A model generated the notes under the pieces. That model made no database searches. It saw only the letters and a list, made by a program, of their open reading frames with translations, and had not been told where the DNA came from. Shown here piece by piece: positions 53,725-64,000 of a stretch of 64,000 nucleotides of DNA. Numbering within the stretch: the first letter of the stretch is position 1; the number at the start of each line of letters is the position of its first letter. The position numbers were made by a program, and so were the translations under genes. Origin of the DNA: an uncultured Verrucomicrobiae bacterium (GTDB lineage Bacteria; Verrucomicrobiota; Verrucomicrobiia; Chthoniobacterales; UBA10450); assembly GCA_963815455.1 (NCBI GenBank), contig CAWFGO010000002.1:96001-160000 (forward strand), given 5' to 3'.

Positions 53725-55299
53725 TTAGGACTTCAATTCCGCTCCTGTATTGGCGTCGGTAACGATGAATTTCTCGTGATGGTAAGTGGGATCGCCGCGG
53801 AACGTCAGCCGGCCGGCATATCGCCGTTCCAGCTCCACCAGCAACTCCTCGTCCTCTTCTTTCAAACGCTTCAGCACATCGGGATTTAGAATCACGCGAA
53901 AATCGTGCACGCTATCCTGATGATTGCGCATCACCGTGTTAAGAGTACGGTGCAATTCCACGCTCGTGGTCATCGACGTCTTCACCACCCCGCGCCCGCT
54001 GCAATATGGACAATTTTCGTAGATCGTGTCGCTCAAGCTTTCCTGCGCTCTTTGCCTCGTCATTTCCATCAAACCGAGTGCCGAAATTGGAAGAACATGA
54101 GTCTTGGCTTTGTCGCGCCTGAGCCGCTCCTTCATGAGGTTGTAAACCATTTGCTGATCTTTGCGGCTTTTCATGTCGATAAAATCGCCAATGATCAGGC
54201 CGCCGATGTTGCGCAACCGCAGCTGGCGCGCGATTTCGTCCGCCGCTTCCAAGTTCGTTTGCAGGATCGTCTTCTCGACGTCGCGCCCGCCCTTGTTACG
54301 GCCAGTGTTTACGTCAATAGCCACAAGCGCTTCAGTTTCGTCGATTACAATGTAACCGCCGCATCTAAGCCAGACCTGCCGGTGAAAAGCGTCATCGATT
54401 TGCTTCTGCACTCCATGAGCCTCGAAAATCGGCGTCGCGCCATCGTAAAAGTGAATTCGGTTGCGCGATCGTCGAGAGATCTGACCGATCATTTCGGTCA
54501 TTCGGTCCATCGCGACGCGGTCGTCACAAAGAACTTCGTCGATCTCTTCCGTGAGAAAATCGCGAACGGTCCGTTCGACCAAATCAGGCTCCTCAAAGAC
54601 GCGGCAGGGGGCTGTCTGTTCGCGGATAGCCTGCTCAACTTTGATCCATTGATCGAGGAGAAACCGCAAATCACGCACAAAATATCTGGCCCGCTGGCCT
54701 TCACCCACCGTGCGGATGATCACGCCGACGCCTTCGGGAATATCCAGCTGGCGCAGGATCTTGCGTAACCGGTCGCGCTCCTTTGGGTTCTCGATCTTGC
54801 GCGAGATACCGCTGCGATCGCTAAACGGCATCAGAACCAGATAACGGCCGGCGAAACTGAGGTTGGTCGTCACCCGAGGGCCCTTAGTCCCGATCGGCCC
54901 CTTCGTGACCTGCACGATGACTTCCGAGCCCACGGGATAAATGCTCGGGATGTCCTTAACCGTTATCCGCTTGCGTGGCCGCCGGTTTGCCGGTCGATCG
55001 ATTTCTTCAATGCCGCTATCGAGTGCCGCCGGAATGGCGTCCCAAAAATGCAGGAACGCGTTCTTCTCGAAGCCGATGTCGACGAACATCGCCTTCAAAC
55101 CCATCTCGATGTTCTTGACCTTGCCCTTGTAAACGCTGCCTACGATATTGCGCGAGGTTTTACGCTCGACGCTGTATTCCTCGAGGCGACCATTCTCGAG
55201 CAGCGCCACGCGCGACTCGAGCTTTTCCACGCTGAGCACAATTTTGTTGCCGGTCTTGCGTGAAGAAAGACCTAAAATTTTTCGTACTTGTTCTAACAT
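53725..55299 (-). CDS. rng: Ribonuclease E/G family
   Basis: S1 domain, GTKGPRVT, AIDVNTG, LRNIGGLIIGDFIDM, CPYC.GRG. Confidence 0.9.
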   Translation of the reverse strand: MLEQVRKILGLSSRKTGNKIVLSVEKLESRVALLENGRLEEYSVERKTSRNIVGSVYKGKVKNIEMGLKAMFVDIGFEKNAFLHFWDAIPAALDSGIEEIDRPANRRPRKRITVKDIPSIYPVGSEVIVQVTKGPIGTKGPRVTTNLSFAGRYLVLMPFSDRSGISRKIENPKERDRLRKILRQLDIPEGVGVIIRTVGEGQRARYFVRDLRFLLDQWIKVEQAIREQTAPCRVFEEPDLVERTVRDFLTEEIDEVLCDDRVAMDRMTEMIGQISRRSRNRIHFYDGATPIFEAHGVQKQIDDAFHRQVWLRCGGYIVIDETEALVAIDVNTGRNKGGRDVEKTILQTNLEAADEIARQLRLRNIGGLIIGDFIDMKSRKDQQMVYNLMKERLRRDKAKTHVLPISALGLMEMTRQRAQESLSDTIYENCPYCSGRGVVKTSMTTSVELHRTLNTVMRNHQDSVHDFRVILNPDVLKRLKEEDEELLVELERRYAGRLTFRGDPTYHHEKFIVTDANTGAELKS

Positions 55300-55372
55300 A
55301 AAACTGGAGAGGTTCTGCGATCGGAAGCGCAAGCATCGTAATGGTGATGTTCATCGCTGGTTGGATCGCCAT

Positions 55373-57631
55373 TTATCGTGAGCGCGGGCGGCGGGGGGGT
55401 GGAGTTGGTGTAGAAGCTGGTCGAGGTTTAGCCCCGAAAAGGCGTTCGAAAAAGTTAGGCCGCCGTTGTGGAGTGTTCGATACCGGTTGGGCCCGGGGCA
55501 AACGGCGCCTGGAGACCTGGCCCTGCTGGTCCGCTTCCGGCTCGACATCGGGGTTCGCGCCGGCCACGGCCATCTGAGCGTCTCCATTCTGGCTGTTCAA
55601 GTTTTCTTCATCGGCGCTGGCCACGTTAGGCCCGGCGTCCTGAAAGCTCACTTCTTTGATCATCTGGAATGGATTCGGCTTGCTCGCCGGCGGAAGCCAG
55701 GCGACCTGCGCTTCAAATTTTCCATCCTCCATTGCCAGGGAGCGCTCGAGGATACGGGTGGCAATCGGCGCCGCTACCGAGCCGCCGTGCTCGCCTCCCT
55801 GCACCATTACCGCGATCGTATATTTCGGATGTTCGAATGGCGCCCAACAAATGAACCAGGCAATGGTATCTTTGCGGCCATGATCGGTCGCCTGCGCCGT
55901 GCCGGTTTTCCCCGCCACCTGAACGTTGCTCAGGCGGGCCCGGCCACCGGTGCCTCCGTCCTCGTTCACGACTTTCCAGAAACCGCGGCGCTCCAGGTCG
56001 AGGTCCGCCGCTGAAACTTCGCTGCGAAAATCGGCGTGCACTTTCGGCTCATCCGGCACGGCAATTTTTCCGTTCTCATTCACCGCCGGCACGCCGTCGT
56101 GGGTCACAACCTTCTTAACCAGGCGCGGATAATAGGAAGTGCCGCCGTTGGCCAGCATTGCGTAAGCCATCGCCATCTGAAGAGGCGTGCATAGATCGTA
56201 GCCCTGGCCAATGGAAACGTTGGCTGTGTAAGCCTGCGACCATCTTTCCTGCGGATAATGAATTCGCATCCAATCCGGACCGGGCAAAACGCCCGGCTGT
56301 TCGCCGGTCAAGTCGAGTCCGGAAGGTTTGCCTAGTCCCAGCAGCTCACCTACCCGGTCGATCGACTCGATCCCGGCGGCGTTGCCGTATTGGTAGAAAA
56401 ATGCATTGCAGGAAACCTTAATTGCATCCGCCAATGTCAGCGTTCCGTGCGTGTAATGCTTCTCACTTACCCAGCATTGAAAATAGTGATCGCCGTAGGA
56501 TACGCCGCCGTAGCAGGTAAATTTCGTCTTGGCCAGGCCCCGGCGCAGTCCGGCCAGTGACGTGATCAGCTTAAATGTCGATCCCGGGGGAAAGGCGCTG
56601 ACCGCGCGATTGACTAACGGATTCGCATCGTCTTTGCGCAGAGCTTCCCAGTCCTTCGCCTTGATACTTGGGATGAACGCGTTCGGATCGAACGACGGCA
56701 CCGAAGCCATGGCCAGGATATCGCCGTTGTTTGGATCGACAACGACCGCCGCCCCGCGTCCGACTGCCCGCAACGCTTCCTCGGCAATCGCCTGGATGCG
56801 CGCGTCGATGGTCAAATAAACGTCGGCGCCTTGCGTGGGCGGATCTTCTCTTAGCACTCCGTCGATGGCCCCTTTGGCATTACGCCGCAAATAGCGCACT
56901 CCGGGTTTGCCCCGCAGATACTCGTCCATCGCTTTCTCGATATTCGATTTCCCATCCACGTCGCCTTGATAAAAAGTAAACTTCCTCGCTTCCTCTTTGT
57001 TAATGTCGTCCGGCGCACCGACGTAGCCGAGAATGTGCGACGCCAACGCTCCGTAAACATAGGAACGCACCGGTTTGACCGCGATATCCACGCCCGGTAA
57101 TCCGACATCGTGCTCGGAAAATTTCGCCATTGTGGGAAAGTCGATGTCTCGAATGTAGGAATAGGGCACTTCGGTGTCGTTGCGATAATGCCGCTGCAAC
57201 TGGCTGGCGTTGTAATCGCGGGCCAGATCGAGATCGTTCAGCCGGGGGACAATTCCCTGGTTTACGATCTTGATGATATCCGGCTCCTTCACATCCTTCG
57301 GCATGCCGTTAATGGTGGCGCGATATTCTGTGAGCGGCGGCAAACCGAAGCGTTCCCGGTAGCCTTTCACCATTTCCGGCAGATAAAAATCGACTTCATA
57401 ACTGGCCCGGTTCTGCACCAGTGTGAGGCCATTGCGATCTTTGATCTCGCCTCGCACCGAAGGAATCCGCACCGTGGCCTGCGAACTGCCACGAATTTGA
57501 GCGGTCCATTCCTGACCGTGCGCCACCTGGATCCACCAAAGCCGGAATATCAGCGAACCGATCCCCATGAGAATGAGCAGCCCCAGGAACTGGATTCGCA
57601 AGCGCGAGGAGAAGCGGCGACGACGGTTCAT
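55373..57631 (-). CDS. mrdA: Penicillin-binding protein 2
   Basis: PGSTFK (SxxK), SCN, KTGT; follows mreBCD. Confidence 0.93.
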   Translation of the reverse strand: MNRRRRFSSRLRIQFLGLLILMGIGSLIFRLWWIQVAHGQEWTAQIRGSSQATVRIPSVRGEIKDRNGLTLVQNRASYEVDFYLPEMVKGYRERFGLPPLTEYRATINGMPKDVKEPDIIKIVNQGIVPRLNDLDLARDYNASQLQRHYRNDTEVPYSYIRDIDFPTMAKFSEHDVGLPGVDIAVKPVRSYVYGALASHILGYVGAPDDINKEEARKFTFYQGDVDGKSNIEKAMDEYLRGKPGVRYLRRNAKGAIDGVLREDPPTQGADVYLTIDARIQAIAEEALRAVGRGAAVVVDPNNGDILAMASVPSFDPNAFIPSIKAKDWEALRKDDANPLVNRAVSAFPPGSTFKLITSLAGLRRGLAKTKFTCYGGVSYGDHYFQCWVSEKHYTHGTLTLADAIKVSCNAFFYQYGNAAGIESIDRVGELLGLGKPSGLDLTGEQPGVLPGPDWMRIHYPQERWSQAYTANVSIGQGYDLCTPLQMAMAYAMLANGGTSYYPRLVKKVVTHDGVPAVNENGKIAVPDEPKVHADFRSEVSAADLDLERRGFWKVVNEDGGTGGRARLSNVQVAGKTGTAQATDHGRKDTIAWFICWAPFEHPKYTIAVMVQGGEHGGSVAAPIATRILERSLAMEDGKFEAQVAWLPPASKPNPFQMIKEVSFQDAGPNVASADEENLNSQNGDAQMAVAGANPDVEPEADQQGQVSRRRLPRAQPVSNTPQRRPNFFERLFGAKPRPASTPTPPPRRPRSR

Positions 57632-58170
57632 TCGAAACGGTCCCTTTCCGGAAGATAGGCGAAGGCGGTGATCCTACCCAACCATTGCAAAAACCAAAAG
57701 ACAACGGGCGACATGAGCATGGCGATCAAACCCGGACCGCCGATCTGCCACCAGACTTCCTGCGTAAAAACAAGAGAGCCGCGTCGAAATGTGATCATTA
57801 AATATTGTGCCAAAAGTATCAGCGACGTGCAGATGCCGGTCATAATGCAATGCACTTCCCAGCGGCCGCGGATAAAGAGTGGCCTCAAGCCATGCATAAT
57901 TCCCGCCAGCACAGCGTAGAGCAGTATCGACCATCCAAGCGAGATTTCAACCTTGGCATCGATGACCTGGACCGTGAGAGCGTCGAGCAGGACTCCGGCA
58001 TACAGCGCCAGCGCCAGCATCATCGGGAAAGGCAGCGCCACCGCTCCATAAAAAACAATTACCGGTGCGATATAAACGTGCGCGTTATAAAGCCACGGCA
58101 GCGTTGGAATGAAAAACTCCGCTATTTGCGCGATCAGGACCAGGATCAAAAGCAAAAAGAAAAAAATCAT
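57628..58170 (-). CDS. mreD: Rod shape-determining protein MreD-like
   Basis: Polytopic membrane protein overlapping the mreC stop and mrdA start. Confidence 0.75.
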   Translation of the reverse strand: MIFFFLLLILVLIAQIAEFFIPTLPWLYNAHVYIAPVIVFYGAVALPFPMMLALALYAGVLLDALTVQVIDAKVEISLGWSILLYAVLAGIMHGLRPLFIRGRWEVHCIMTGICTSLILLAQYLMITFRRGSLVFTQEVWWQIGGPGLIAMLMSPVVFWFLQWLGRITAFAYLPERDRFE

Positions 58171-58970
58171 TTTCGCCCGGTCACCACGAAGACGTCCTCC
58201 AGATGCGACAAATCGACCCCGGGCACCAGCTGCGCCTGCGAATCCAAGGCGCGAACCTGAAAAGTCTTCACCACGCCTACCAGCAGGCCGGAGGGGAAAA
58301 CGCCGCCCACGCCTGTGGTGTAAACCTTTTGCCCGGGCTTTAGGTCCGCTTGTTTCGAAAGAAAATTCAGATCCAGCAGCGGGGTCACACCGGTGGTCAG
58401 GCGCTCGCCAGAGACGATTCCCTGTTCGCGGGTTCCTTCCACCGAGCACGCGACCTTGCAATTTTCGTCCGCGATCAAGAGCACGAGCGAGATGTTCGCG
58501 CTTACGGTTGTCGTTTTACCGACCAAACCTTCATCGGTCACCACCGGCATGTCGCCCTCGACGCCATCTTCCTTTCCCCGATTGATCGTGATCGTGCGCC
58601 ACCACGTGGAAGAATCGCGGGCCACGACCACCGCCGGCACCAGCTTGAAAACGGAACGCTCGCGATAATTGAGGGCGTGCCGGAGGCGGTTCACCTCGCG
58701 CTCTACATCCCGCAACGCCTGATTGGTCGCGCGCAATTGGCGGTTCTCCACCTGTAGCGTCGTATTTTCGTGCTCGAGTTCCTCCAACGATTTCAACCCG
58801 GTGCGCACGGACGTGATCTGTTTCTGCAAACCCGAGCCGCTCGTCAAAAACGGCGCAATCAATTGATAGATCCCGGCCTGGAATTTGCGCGTGCTTTCGG
58901 GCCCGAAACTCAGGAAATAGCCGAGAATGGCGCCGAAGACCAACAGCGCAATGATGCCAGTGCGACTCAT
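58167..58970 (-). CDS. mreC: Rod shape-determining protein MreC
   Basis: Coiled coil, ITINRG, GLVG, TTGVGGVFPSG. Confidence 0.93.
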   Translation of the reverse strand: MSRTGIIALLVFGAILGYFLSFGPESTRKFQAGIYQLIAPFLTSGSGLQKQITSVRTGLKSLEELEHENTTLQVENRQLRATNQALRDVEREVNRLRHALNYRERSVFKLVPAVVVARDSSTWWRTITINRGKEDGVEGDMPVVTDEGLVGKTTTVSANISLVLLIADENCKVACSVEGTREQGIVSGERLTTGVTPLLDLNFLSKQADLKPGQKVYTTGVGGVFPSGLLVGVVKTFQVRALDSQAQLVPGVDLSHLEDVFVVTGRK

Positions 58971-58973
58971 CGC

Positions 58974-59047
58974 ATTTTCGATCTTCGATTTTCGATTTTC
59001 GATTTTGCCGTCTTCAATCGAAAATCATCGATCGAAAATCGAAAATC
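58974..59047. repeat. Inverted 7-bp tandem repeats (TTTTCGA)n...(TCGAAAA)n
   Basis: Occupies the mreB-mreC spacer. Confidence 0.85.
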
Positions 59048-59048
59048 G

Positions 59049-60086
59049 CTACCGCCACTGACGGTCCGCCGAGGCGACTTGACGCAAAAATTTAAGTTCA
59101 TTAAGGCATTTGCCGGTTCCTTCCGCCACGGCGCTCAGCGGATCTTCAGCAACATGGACAGGCAACCCGGTTTCTTCGCTCAAAAGCTTGTCGAAGCCGC
59201 GCAGCAACGCGCCGCCGCCGGCCAAAACCAATCCGCGATCCACCAGGTCCGCCGAAAGTTCGGGCGGACAACGCTCCAGCGTAATGCGAACCGAATCGAC
59301 AATGGTCGAGATCGGCTCGAGCAACGCTTCACGGACTTCCTGCGACGTAATCATCAGCGTCTTGGGCAAACCCGCGACCAGATCGCGCCCTTTTACTTCC
59401 ACGCTCGTCTCCTTCTCGCTCGGATATGCGCTGCCGATCTTGATCTTAATTTCCTCGGCCGTGCGCTCGCCCACCATCAAATTGTAGGCGCGCTTCATGT
59501 ATTGCACGATCGCTTCATCCAATTCGTCACCCGCCACTCGCACGCTTCGGCTAAACACAATCCCCGAAAGCGAAATGAGAGCCACCTCGGTCGTGCCGCC
59601 GCCGATGTCGATGATCATGTTGCCGGCCGGGTCCTGCACCGGAAGTCCCACGCCGATCGCCGCCGCCATCGGCTCCTCAATTAGATAAACTTCGCGCGCA
59701 CCGGCGTGCGTCGCCGACTCGCGCACCGCACGCTTTTCCACTTCGGTAATTCCGGACGGGACCGCGATGACGACACGCGGACGCGCCCGCACGCGGCGAT
59801 TATGCACTTTGGCGATGAAATGCCGCAACATCGCTTCGGTCACTTCGAAATCCGCGATCACGCCATCTTTCAACGGGCGCACTGCCACGATATTGGCCGG
59901 CGTCCGGCCAAGCATGCGCTTGGCCTCATCGCCTACAGCCAGCACTTTGTTCGTGCCCGCCTGCACCGCCACCACCGAGGGCTCGCGCAACACGATGCCC
60001 TGATCCTTCACGTAAACGAGAGTATTCGCCGTTCCGAGATCGATCCCGATGTCGTTCGATAAAAAACCGAAAAGTCCGTTAAACAT
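59049..60086 (-). CDS. mreB: Rod shape-determining protein MreB
   Basis: [31 protein letters not shown]. Confidence 0.98.
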   Translation of the reverse strand: MFNGLFGFLSNDIGIDLGTANTLVYVKDQGIVLREPSVVAVQAGTNKVLAVGDEAKRMLGRTPANIVAVRPLKDGVIADFEVTEAMLRHFIAKVHNRRVRARPRVVIAVPSGITEVEKRAVRESATHAGAREVYLIEEPMAAAIGVGLPVQDPAGNMIIDIGGGTTEVALISLSGIVFSRSVRVAGDELDEAIVQYMKRAYNLMVGERTAEEIKIKIGSAYPSEKETSVEVKGRDLVAGLPKTLMITSQEVREALLEPISTIVDSVRITLERCPPELSADLVDRGLVLAGGGALLRGFDKLLSEETGLPVHVAEDPLSAVAEGTGKCLNELKFLRQVASADRQWR

Positions 60087-60286
60087 GAATTAATTGTTCC
60101 AGTCCGCTCGGAAACGCCGCCATCGATCTCTATAGCAAACGGTACGCCTCACCAACGCGATTCTAACCGGCTGAATCGCCGTAACATGAAACACGGCATG
60201 ACGGCGTCAAGCTCATTTATGTGGACGTTGAAGGTTGGCGCGTTGAAGCGGAAACCATCGCCGCGCTCAACAATTCCCGCAGTGCG

Positions 60287-61087
60287 TCACGCAGCGTTCT
60301 TCACGGAGTGCAATTGCTCCATCATTCTCCAGTCGCACTTGTTTGCCCACCGCGCCGCTTTTCGCTTTAGTTCCGCGGTGTTGCTCAATCCAAGTTTGTC
60401 CATGATCCGCTTTTGATAAGTCTCGATCGTCTTCGGACTGACGTACATCGACTGGGCCATTTCTGACACGCCCGCGCCTTTGCCAATGTGAACGAAAATT
60501 TCCCGCTCACGATCGCTCAGCTTCGCCAACTTCGGTCCGGCAGAGTTCGCCCCGCCGATGGCAAACTTGTTAAATACGAGTTGTTCCAATCCACTGCTCA
60601 CATAGTGATCTCCCGCGCAAATCTTTTTCAAGGCCGGGAACAGCTCAGAGCGTCCGTCGAAAATTGTCACATATCCCAGGGCGCCAGCCCGCCAAGCTCG
60701 ATGGACCGAGGCCGCCTCTTCGGAAGCAGACAGCATCAGGATCGCAACCTTCCTGTCCATTTTGTGAAATTCTTTGATTAGCTGAAGGCCCTCGCCACTA
60801 CGCAGCGTCGGGCCAACGATCACCACCCGCGGCCGATGCCGTTCGAACAGACGGCGCGCCGTAGGTCCGTCATTGGTTTCCGCGCACACTTCAAATGCAT
60901 CGCTGCCCGCCAGCAGCGTCGTTACCCCACCACAGATCAGCCCCACATAATGCGCCAGCAATACAGTGATCTTTGTCGGAGTTTCCAACGCTGGTGATTG
61001 CGGGCCGTTGTCGGGGACTTTGTCGGGGGTCGAACCGCGCAACGATATCGATCCTCGCCTGAGCTTACTCGTTTTTCGGCGCGACAT
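60287..61087 (-). CDS. NarL/LuxR response regulator with atypical receiver
   Basis: REC-like fold plus LSDREREIF..SPKTIETY..KLGL HTH. Confidence 0.85.
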   Translation of the reverse strand: MSRRKTSKLRRGSISLRGSTPDKVPDNGPQSPALETPTKITVLLAHYVGLICGGVTTLLAGSDAFEVCAETNDGPTARRLFERHRPRVVIVGPTLRSGEGLQLIKEFHKMDRKVAILMLSASEEAASVHRAWRAGALGYVTIFDGRSELFPALKKICAGDHYVSSGLEQLVFNKFAIGGANSAGPKLAKLSDREREIFVHIGKGAGVSEMAQSMYVSPKTIETYQKRIMDKLGLSNTAELKRKAARWANKCDWRMMEQLHSVKNAA

Positions 61088-61205
61088 GACGTCTCTTGAT
61101 TTCGTTAGCCTTTGTAAGGCAAACCCTGACAAGAAAGCAACACAAAAAAATCAGGGATTTCCCCGACAAGACAAATTCACGGGCGATCGCTTAATCTCCG
61201 CAGGC

Positions 61206-64000
61206 ATGAACACACGGGTTCTCAACAGATCGGCCGCATCCAAGACGCAAAACGCCTATCAACGTTCGAAAGCAACGACGAGGAGGACAGTGTTGATGCT
61301 AACCCTGACAAGACATCGTGTCGCGCATCGCCACTTTCTCGCAATTGCTTTGGCCATTGGCACCCTCTTTGCAGGCATTGCTCGCGGACAACTCGGAGAA
61401 AGCAACCCGACCGGAATCGCGGGACAGTTCAACGGCAACGTCACCACAGGTTGCTCATACGATCCGTTTACCGGCAACGCCACACGCTCCGTTACAGATA
61501 TCGTCGTAGCCGGCGCGGTCGGCGAATATCCACTCGCTTTTACGCGCACCATGAACAGCCGCTTCATCGCCGGCTTGACCAACGAATTCGGCGCTGCCGG
61601 CAACTGGCGCCATTCCTACCAATGGACCATCGACACGATCACGGTCAATCAAACAGGCAGCGTGGGGCTTCCGCAGAACTACTACGTAAATTATCCGGAC
61701 GGCCGACGAATCAACTTCAGCAAAACTCGCCCCAATGACCCTGACTTTAGAGGACCCGATGGCGTGCGCGACCGCTTCGAGCAACTGGCGACTGGTGGGA
61801 CGGAATGTTATGTGCAGTTACCTGACGGCGGCAAAGTCTGGTTCCACGCCGCGGTGCAGACCACGGTTTCGGGAACCACTTATACCTCCACATATACCTT
61901 TTCGCTAAAAGGCATCATTGATCCCTACGGCCAAATCACAACGATTACGTATCCGGCAGATGGGAGCATGACTATTACTGAACCGGCAGGACGTTATCTT
62001 AAAATTTTCTATCGGATGATCACAAAAACCACCGATGGAAATCTAAACGATGTCGTCGTGAATTACGTCCAGGGAAGTGATGGCAGGAAAGTGCAGTACA
62101 CCTACATCGCTTACGTAACGCCCGGCGGGGTTCGATATACGTCTCTGACCAGTGTCACCTATTTCAACGATGCCAATCTTAAGGCCCTGTACACGTATCA
62201 AAACGCCAATACGAACGCAAACGACCGGCCGCTCATTGCCACTTGCACTGATCCCTTGTACGACGGCCCGATGTGGAAAATTGCTTACGATTTTGCGCCA
62301 AACGGAACGGGCGTAGTGCCTGGGCAATTACTTCGCGAAAAACATCCAACCGGCGCGCCCGTCTCCACCCTCATGGTCACCGGCACCAACACGCGAATGG
62401 AAACTCGAGGCGATAACCCCGCCGGCACCGGCTATGCAACGCGCACATTCACCTATTACAGCGGCGATTACAAACTCAAGAGCGTGACCGATTTCAAGGG
62501 CGTCGCCGCCACTCAAACCTACGATACTTACTCGTTGCTCAATTCAGTCATCGACCGCAGAAGCAATGAAACAACGTTTATCTACAACTTTTATGGAGGC
62601 AGCCTTCGCCGTATCCATTATCCCAATCCCGAAGACGGCGACCAGGTGGAGCTCCTTTACACTTATGGCTACTCCACTTGCCCGGATCCAAATAATCAGG
62701 ACGCCTATAACCCCTATTACCTCTACGCTGACCCTGCCGGCGTTACTTATTTTCGGGACGCGAGTAAAAGGGTAATCAAAATCGTTTATCCGGATACTGA
62801 CAACAACGACCCGACAGAGGAATTCACTTACAACGCTCGTGGCCAGGTCCTCACTCACAAATTGCGCAACGGTTCCACCGAATCCTGGACCTACGATACG
62901 AGCGGGAAAGTCACGGCTTATTGGGACGCGGCCCACCCCACCAGCGGAAAACCGACCGCCTGGTATCAGTACGATTCATATGGACGCGTATCCGGGGTGA
63001 CTGAATCGCGCGGCACTGCATCCGGCGACAAGAATTACACGACCTTATTCGCCTACAACACGCGTGGACAATTGATTAAGCTCACCCATCCCGACGGAAA
63101 AATCGTCCAGTACGTCTACAATTCCAATGGAACCCTCGCCAGCACGACTGATGAGCTTAGCCACGTCACCACCTATACGTACGACGATTACAAGCGGTTG
63201 CGCAGCGTCACCACGCCGCTTCGGGCTTCGGGGGATACAACGCCTCGGACAACCTATTATTTTTACGATCAGACCGGGACCGGAGACGACTATTCTCGCA
63301 CCGCAGCGATTCCCACAAAAGTCGTTTCGCCAGGCGGGAAAATCGTCACCACTGCGTATGATGAGAATTTGCGCACGATGAGCGTGACTGCCGTGGGCGA
63401 CTCCAGCGTGCCCGATGCCAAGACCGGTTACACCTACGATCCTAATGGGAACGTGCGCACCGTAAAAGATCCAAACGGCCAGAGCACGGGGTGCGGTCAC
63501 GACTTATTATTACGACGTCATGAACCGGGTAAAATTTATGGATGATCCGATTTCAGGCGACCTCAACTCGGACGGCCACACAGTTAGTTTTAACTACGAT
63601 GCCGGCGACCATGTAAAGAACCAGAAGAGAGTCGATGATCAAATTTGCATCTTCTTTTACGACACACTGGGGCGGATGACCAGGAGGGAGGGCTACGCAG
63701 ACGAGATCACGAAATACACGTACCATGCTTCCGGCAATATCAGCTCGTACAAATTCAAAAAATCTGATGGCACGTTTATCACTTACACCTACGCCTACGA
63801 CGCGCTCGATCGACAAATGCAGATGGCCTACGCAGCCGACGTCTACGGCGCGAGTCGATCGGAGACGTATCATTACGACATCGCCAATCATCTGGATCAA
63901 TACACCAATCCCGCCGGCCAGGTAAAAACGCTTACTTATGACAAGCGGGGCCGGTTAACCAACACATCCTGGAACGCGAACGGCCCGAATATTACAATTG
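61206..64000 (+). CDS. RHS/YD-repeat protein (frameshift ~63490; continues beyond window)
   Basis: Signal-peptide-like segment, YD repeats (YDTSGK, YDSYGR, YDALDR, YDKRGRL). Confidence 0.9.

Overview
A 64-kb bacterial chromosomal segment, mostly GC-rich. Gene content and style (ECF sigma/Ser-Thr kinase-TPR pairs, tandem 'AGPEPYSGKE' OMP paralogs) suggest a soil Verrucomicrobiota of the Chthoniobacterales/'Ca. Udaeobacter' type (inference). The backbone is housekeeping: ispA, tsaD, S41 protease, rmuC, btuB-like receptor with a cobalamin riboswitch, hldD, alaS, recA, two Hsp20s, ribD, rpoD, dnaG, nfeD, thiH-thiS, rng and mreBCD-mrdA. Accessory blocks are two ECF/kinase modules, a repeat-rich surface protein, an adenylate cyclase-ATPase and an RHS protein. 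Several genes, including essential alaS, have single-base frameshifts that look like consensus errors. Most notable: (1) a complete-looking REP-associated HUH/Y1 tyrosine transposase (RAYT), with covarying inverted REP ends, inserted in frame inside alanyl-tRNA synthetase; (2) a probable secreted/outer-membrane selenoprotein with an in-frame UGA at the mature N-terminus (QG-U-VC) followed by a SECIS-like hairpin; (3) several, sometimes nested, palindromic repeat families that insert in frame into genes (tsaD, alaS, btuB, hldD) and supply start or stop codons; (4) a ~6.5-kb island bounded by a diverged duplicate of the btuB 3' end and an IS110-like non-coding end.
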